Positions 7,429 to 10,412 of a stretch of 10,412 bases of DNA are shown in pieces. Positions within the stretch are counted from its first letter, which is position 1. The number at the start of each line of letters is the position of its first letter. The notes under the pieces were generated by a model. The model had not been told where the DNA came from. It ran no database searches and saw only the letters and a program-made list of their open reading frames with translations. Location of the stretch: positions 1-10,412 of the forward strand of contig JAEOSZ010000018.1 in the NCBI GenBank assembly GCA_016840095.1. The letters run 5' to 3'. The stretch comes from Candidatus Heimdallarchaeota archaeon (lineage in GTDB: Archaea > Asgardarchaeota > Heimdallarchaeia > Heimdallarchaeales > Heimdallarchaeaceae). A program made the translations under genes and the position numbers.

Positions 7429-7516
7429 AAAAAGGAAGCTAGCTCTACTAAGCTTGCCAAATCAACAATAAGAATGCAACGTCTGAACCACCAAGCAGAG
7501 TAGGCAAGCTAGCTTC
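7429..7516 (-). ncRNA. Candidate structured small RNA (~82-88 nt rod-like hairpin), family unknown
   Basis: A perfect 10-bp terminal helix, two further 5-bp helices and a G-U-rich upper stem. TTTATATA lies at -29..-22 with a U/G initiator, and the 3' end reads CUUUUU. There is no expression evidence. Confidence 0.45.
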
Positions 7517-7608
7517 AGTAGGATATGAAGAATAGACTATATAAACACAAAAAAATGTCAAATTCCCCCTCAGAGAGGTTTTTAACTATACTAAAGATAG
7601 AACAGAAA

Positions 7609-7685
7609 TGGCGCCGTTGGTAGGACTCGAACCTACGACCGGTCGGTTAACAGCCGACTGCTCCACCGAACTGAGCTACAACGGC
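7609..7685 (-). tRNA. tRNA-Asn(GTT), CCA encoded, no intron
   Basis: Reverse complement GCCGTTG TA GCTC AGTTCGGTG GAGC A GTCGG CTGTTAA CCGAC CGGTC GTAGG TTCGAGT CCTAC CAACGGC G CCA; all four stems pair. Confidence 0.97.
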
Positions 7686-7720
7686 AGCCTTTAGGTTACA
7701 TTCGTTCTTCTTTCTCTTTC

Positions 7721-7737
7721 TTTTTAAACCTTTTTTT
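7721..7737 (-). promoter_or_regulatory. BRE/TATA promoter of tRNA-Asn (the T7 run reads A7 on this strand)
   Basis: The minus strand reads AAAAAAAGG-TTTAAAAA, with the TATA 36-43 nt upstream of the mature tRNA 5' end. Confidence 0.6.
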
Positions 7738-9021
7738 CTATTCTCTAATTTCAATTCCAGTTTTTTCAAGTGCATCATAAACCAAATTATTAATTCGGAA
7801 ACGTTCTAGAGGAAAAATCCAGTCACTAGTCTCCGGGCAATATTGTGTGAGAGTTATAATAATCAATTCATTTTTTGGGTCTATGTCAAAAAGTGTACTC
7901 AAAGCACCAGCCCAACAGTACCAACCTATGCCATTTCTAAAAATATTTTTGGTTTTCTTGACTAGAACGCCTAACCCAAATCCATATCCCTGGTTTCTTT
8001 CAATTGATTCGGAATCTTGATATGGAACGTATTGCATATCGAGATATGTTTTGTTGTTTGGTAAATGATTAGAAGTCATTAGCTCTATTGTTTCTTTGGT
8101 TATAATTTGCTTATCTTCGTACATCCCCTTATTTAGCATCATAACACAGAATTTCAGATAGTCATCTAATGTAGAAACTAATCCTCCACCTCCTGATAAG
8201 AACTTTATTTTGTGTTTGAATCCTTCAAAGATAGCTCCTTCGACTTCTATCAATTGTTTTTCTTTATTCTTTTGGTATACTTTTGGCAATCGATCCCATT
8301 TCTCTTTAGGAACATAAAAATCCGTATCACTCATCCCCAGCTTATCAAATATTTTCTCTTTAAGAAAAATATCCAGCTTCTTTCCTGATGCTTTCTCTAT
8401 TAAATAACCTAAAAGTTCATGATTGAAACCATACCACCAATGTGCTCCTGGTTCAAATGCAAGAGGTAGTGATGCGAGTTTTTTACTGAATATCTCTAAT
8501 GAATCCATTTCAGGATATATATTAAGTTTATATCTTAATCTGTTATTTCCCTTTAATCCAAATTTTTCCCCATATAAAATATCAATTGGAAGTTTTGCAT
8601 AATCACCGTAGCTTAAACCAGATGTGTGTGTAAGTAGATGTTTAATTGTTATTTCATTTTTAGCATCCTCTAAGACTACCTTACCGGTTTTCTTGTCATA
8701 AGATTTCAATACTTGTGGATTTTTGAATTCAGGAAGAAATTTACTGATGGGATCATCCAGTTCAAATTTTTCCTCCTCATAAAGAATTAAAGCAGCTGAA
8801 CAAGTAATTGGTTTTGACATAGAATACATTCTAAATATATCATCAAAAGCAATAGGTATTTCATTTTCTTTATCTTTCCATCCAAATTTATCACAATAGA
8901 TTATTCTATCTTTATGATAAACAGTACACAAGACACTACCAGTAATATCTTCTTCTATGTACTTCTGGAACTCTTTTGTGAGTTCAGCAAATGAATCTGG
9001 ACTTATCTGATTATTAATCAT
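7738..9021 (-). CDS. Serine hydrolase, beta-lactamase/class C fold (family VIII esterase-like)
   Basis: FRMYSMSK (SxxK), LELDDPI-like FELDDPI, HLLTHTSG, PLAFEPG..WWYG, SGGGGL.ST..DY, and WAGA. The start is placed at ATG 9021 (MINNQISP) because the ORF-track extension to 9162 overlaps the divergent gene and a TATA-like TTAATTAA lies about 26 nt upstream of 9021. Confidence 0.9.
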   Translation of the reverse strand: MINNQISPDSFAELTKEFQKYIEEDITGSVLCTVYHKDRIIYCDKFGWKDKENEIPIAFDDIFRMYSMSKPITCSAALILYEEEKFELDDPISKFLPEFKNPQVLKSYDKKTGKVVLEDAKNEITIKHLLTHTSGLSYGDYAKLPIDILYGEKFGLKGNNRLRYKLNIYPEMDSLEIFSKKLASLPLAFEPGAHWWYGFNHELLGYLIEKASGKKLDIFLKEKIFDKLGMSDTDFYVPKEKWDRLPKVYQKNKEKQLIEVEGAIFEGFKHKIKFLSGGGGLVSTLDDYLKFCVMMLNKGMYEDKQIITKETIELMTSNHLPNNKTYLDMQYVPYQDSESIERNQGYGFGLGVLVKKTKNIFRNGIGWYCWAGALSTLFDIDPKNELIIITLTQYCPETSDWIFPLERFRINNLVYDALEKTGIEIRE

Positions 9022-9114
9022 CAAAATAACTGTAATAATTATGAAATTAATTAAGTTTGGGCTAAATTTGTAGTAAAAATTATCAATAAGGAAGTATAAG
9101 ATTATACGAGGAAG

Positions 9115-9789
9115 ATGGATATCAAAGCTCAAGAAGAGCTGTTTGAGAAGAATTGGGAGCACTATAGTAAAATAATGTTAGAAGACAGAGTTCCTCTTTT
9201 TGATGATAATGTAATTTATTCTGGACGAAAACTCTATGATAAAAATAATCCTCCATTTCTTGCATCTATTGTTAAAGTATCTCCAAAACTATGGGAGAAT
9301 CTTCAGCAAATACAAGCTGAGTTTGACAGAATAGACTCTAGACACACGTATTTTCACCCCATTTATTATCACATTACTCTCAAAGAATTTGGTTGGGAAG
9401 ATCAAGTAGATCTTAAAGAAATTACTGAAAAAATGACTAAAATACTAAGTGATTTCCCGCCTTTTAATTTAGAAATTAGAGGGATTAATTGTTTTGAAAG
9501 AATTATCTTTGCACAAGTATTTGATAAGAAAAAATACCTTGAATCTATTTTCAACAAGATTTTCGAAGAGTTTCCTCATCTGGAAAAGTACTTCCCCTTT
9601 TATCTTCCACATGTTTCTCTAACAAGAATTGAGACCACTGAAGCTAGAAACATAATCAGTAAGATAAATGAGAAGTACAGAGAAGTAAATATAGGCTCTA
9701 TGAAAGTAGAAAAAATCCAAATTGTATCAGCAAGACCATATTTGTCAGTCGGTAGAATTGAAATCAAAGAGCATATCGAACTTAAATAA
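9115..9789 (+). CDS. 2H phosphoesterase superfamily protein (2'-5' RNA ligase / RNA 2',3'-cyclic phosphodiesterase-like) with N-terminal extension
   Basis: Two H-x-T/S motifs, YHITL and PHVSL, about 80 aa apart, plus PPFNLEIRGINCF. Confidence 0.85.
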   Translation: MDIKAQEELFEKNWEHYSKIMLEDRVPLFDDNVIYSGRKLYDKNNPPFLASIVKVSPKLWENLQQIQAEFDRIDSRHTYFHPIYYHITLKEFGWEDQVDLKEITEKMTKILSDFPPFNLEIRGINCFERIIFAQVFDKKKYLESIFNKIFEEFPHLEKYFPFYLPHVSLTRIETTEARNIISKINEKYREVNIGSMKVEKIQIVSARPYLSVGRIEIKEHIELK

Positions 9790-9803
9790 AAGTTAGTTAC
9801 AAT

Positions 9804-9819
9804 CAAAATACTTTTTATA
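9804..9819 (+). promoter_or_regulatory. BRE/TATA promoter of tRNA-Thr
   Basis: CAAAATAC-TTTTTATA, with the TATA ending about 32 nt upstream of the tRNA 5' end. Confidence 0.55.
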
Positions 9820-9850
9820 CGAATATTATCAAAACTCCTTGCAAAGTGTT

Positions 9851-9925
9851 GCCTCGGTAACTCAGTGGTAGAGTGATTGACTTGTAATCAATTAGTCGAG
9901 GGTTCAATTCCCTTCCGAGGCTCCA
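9851..9925 (+). tRNA. tRNA-Thr(TGT), CCA encoded, no intron
   Basis: GCCTCGG TA ACTC AGTGGTA GAGT G ATTGA CTTGTAA TCAAT TAGTC GAGGG TTCAATT CCCTT CCGAGGC T CCA; U73 discriminator as in archaeal tRNA-Thr. Confidence 0.97.
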
Positions 9926-9983
9926 TTATTATCTTTATTTGATCATTGCTAAGAAATAATAATACTAAACTCTTTTTTCAATT

Positions 9984-10412
9984 ATGAATAAAGAAGAAGT
10001 CGAAATCTTTACTCTAAAGAAATCAGAAGAATTATCTCCAAAAATATCCAACTGGTTTGCTTTGATGCAGGAAACAAGAGAAAGGTTGCTAAGAATAGTT
10101 AATGATCTCAAAGATGAAGAGTTTGATTATTCTCCTGATGAGGGCTCCTTTGAAACTATTGGAACACTTCTGCTTCACATAGCAGGTGTTGAATGGAGTT
10201 GGATTTTCGAGGATATAGATGGAGAAGAAATAGATTTTGAGAGATTCAAACATGGATTCGCTCTACGATCAGAGGTAAATATTTCACAATTAAAAGGTAA
10301 AGGAAAGTCATTCTATTTAGAGAAGTTATCGGAAGTAAGGAATCAAGTTTATAATAGATTAACCAAATTCAATGATGAAGATCTTTCAAAATTAGTCGGT
10401 TCTGATAATGAA
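9984..10412 (+). CDS. DinB/YfiT-like family protein (3'-truncated by window edge; absent from ORF track)
   Basis: Open frame from ATG 9984 to the window end: MNKEEVEIF...MQETRERLLRIVNDLKDEEFDYSPDEGSFETIGTLLLHIAGVEWSWI...YLEKLSEVRNQV. The TIG.LL.HIA..E motif carries the first metal-binding His. Confidence 0.85.
   Translation, partial: MNKEEVEIFTLKKSEELSPKISNWFALMQETRERLLRIVNDLKDEEFDYSPDEGSFETIGTLLLHIAGVEWSWIFEDIDGEEIDFERFKHGFALRSEVNISQLKGKGKSFYLEKLSEVRNQVYNRLTKFNDEDLSKLVGSDNE

Noticed and set aside
7429-7516. Assignment of the hairpin as Y RNA, vault RNA, SRP RNA, SECIS, box C/D RNA or pseudo-tRNA
   Set aside because: The resemblance is superficial (size, paired ends, U tail, GGUUCAGAC). It has no Ro60 bulged-C helix, no SRP GNRA domain, no terminal C/D boxes and no cloverleaf, and there is no in-frame TGA selenoprotein nearby.
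7565-7583. Small hairpin (minus strand CCTCT-CTGA-GGGGG) downstream of tRNA-Asn
   Set aside because: Only 5 bp with two G-U pairs; the T7 run at 7549-7555 (minus) is a simpler terminator explanation.
9022-9162. Hydrophobic 47-aa N-terminal extension of the serine hydrolase that resembles a signal or membrane anchor
   Set aside because: It is translated AT-rich intergenic DNA that overlaps the start of the divergent gene; ATG 9021 fits promoter spacing and family length.
9600-9806. 68-aa minus-strand ORF
   Set aside because: Antisense within the 2H phosphoesterase gene.
7609-9925. tRNAs as integration sites (att) of a genomic island
   Set aside because: I saw no duplicated tRNA 3' end, integrase or transposase in the window; a partner att outside the window cannot be excluded.
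1-10412. CRISPR array or defence system
   Set aside because: No regularly spaced direct repeats and no cas, nuclease or methylase-like genes were recognised.

Overview
AT-rich (roughly one-third GC by eye) chromosomal window with archaeal signatures: TATA boxes about 22-27 nt upstream of several apparently leaderless starts, GGTGA/GAGGT Shine-Dalgarno sites, oligo-T terminators, and archaeal-type tRNA-Asn (G1-C72) and tRNA-Thr (U73). An Asgard/Heimdallarchaeia-like origin is my impression only. Gene order: end of an oligopeptide ABC ATPase pair (OppD/OppF-type), AhpD/CMD-family protein, D-2-hydroxyacid dehydrogenase (-), TIGR04076-like Cys protein #1, winged-helix regulator (-), MBL-fold hydrolase, TIGR04076-like protein #2, NTF2-like protein, class-V PLP enzyme lacking the desulfurase Cys, a 210-bp intergenic region, tRNA-Asn(GTT) (-), beta-lactamase-fold serine hydrolase (-), 2H phosphoesterase, tRNA-Thr(TGT), and a truncated DinB-family gene. 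I found no mobile element or CRISPR array. The best unexplained signals are (1) a candidate ~82-88-nt rod-like ncRNA at 7429-7516 (-) with its own TATA box, U5 end and an alternative fold; (2) a tandem palindromic operator in the divergent wHTH/MBL promoter of a candidate regulon with twin TIGR04076-like proteins; and (3) a hairpin/palindrome covering the SD of the first TIGR04076-like gene. All family assignments come from motif recognition, not database searches.
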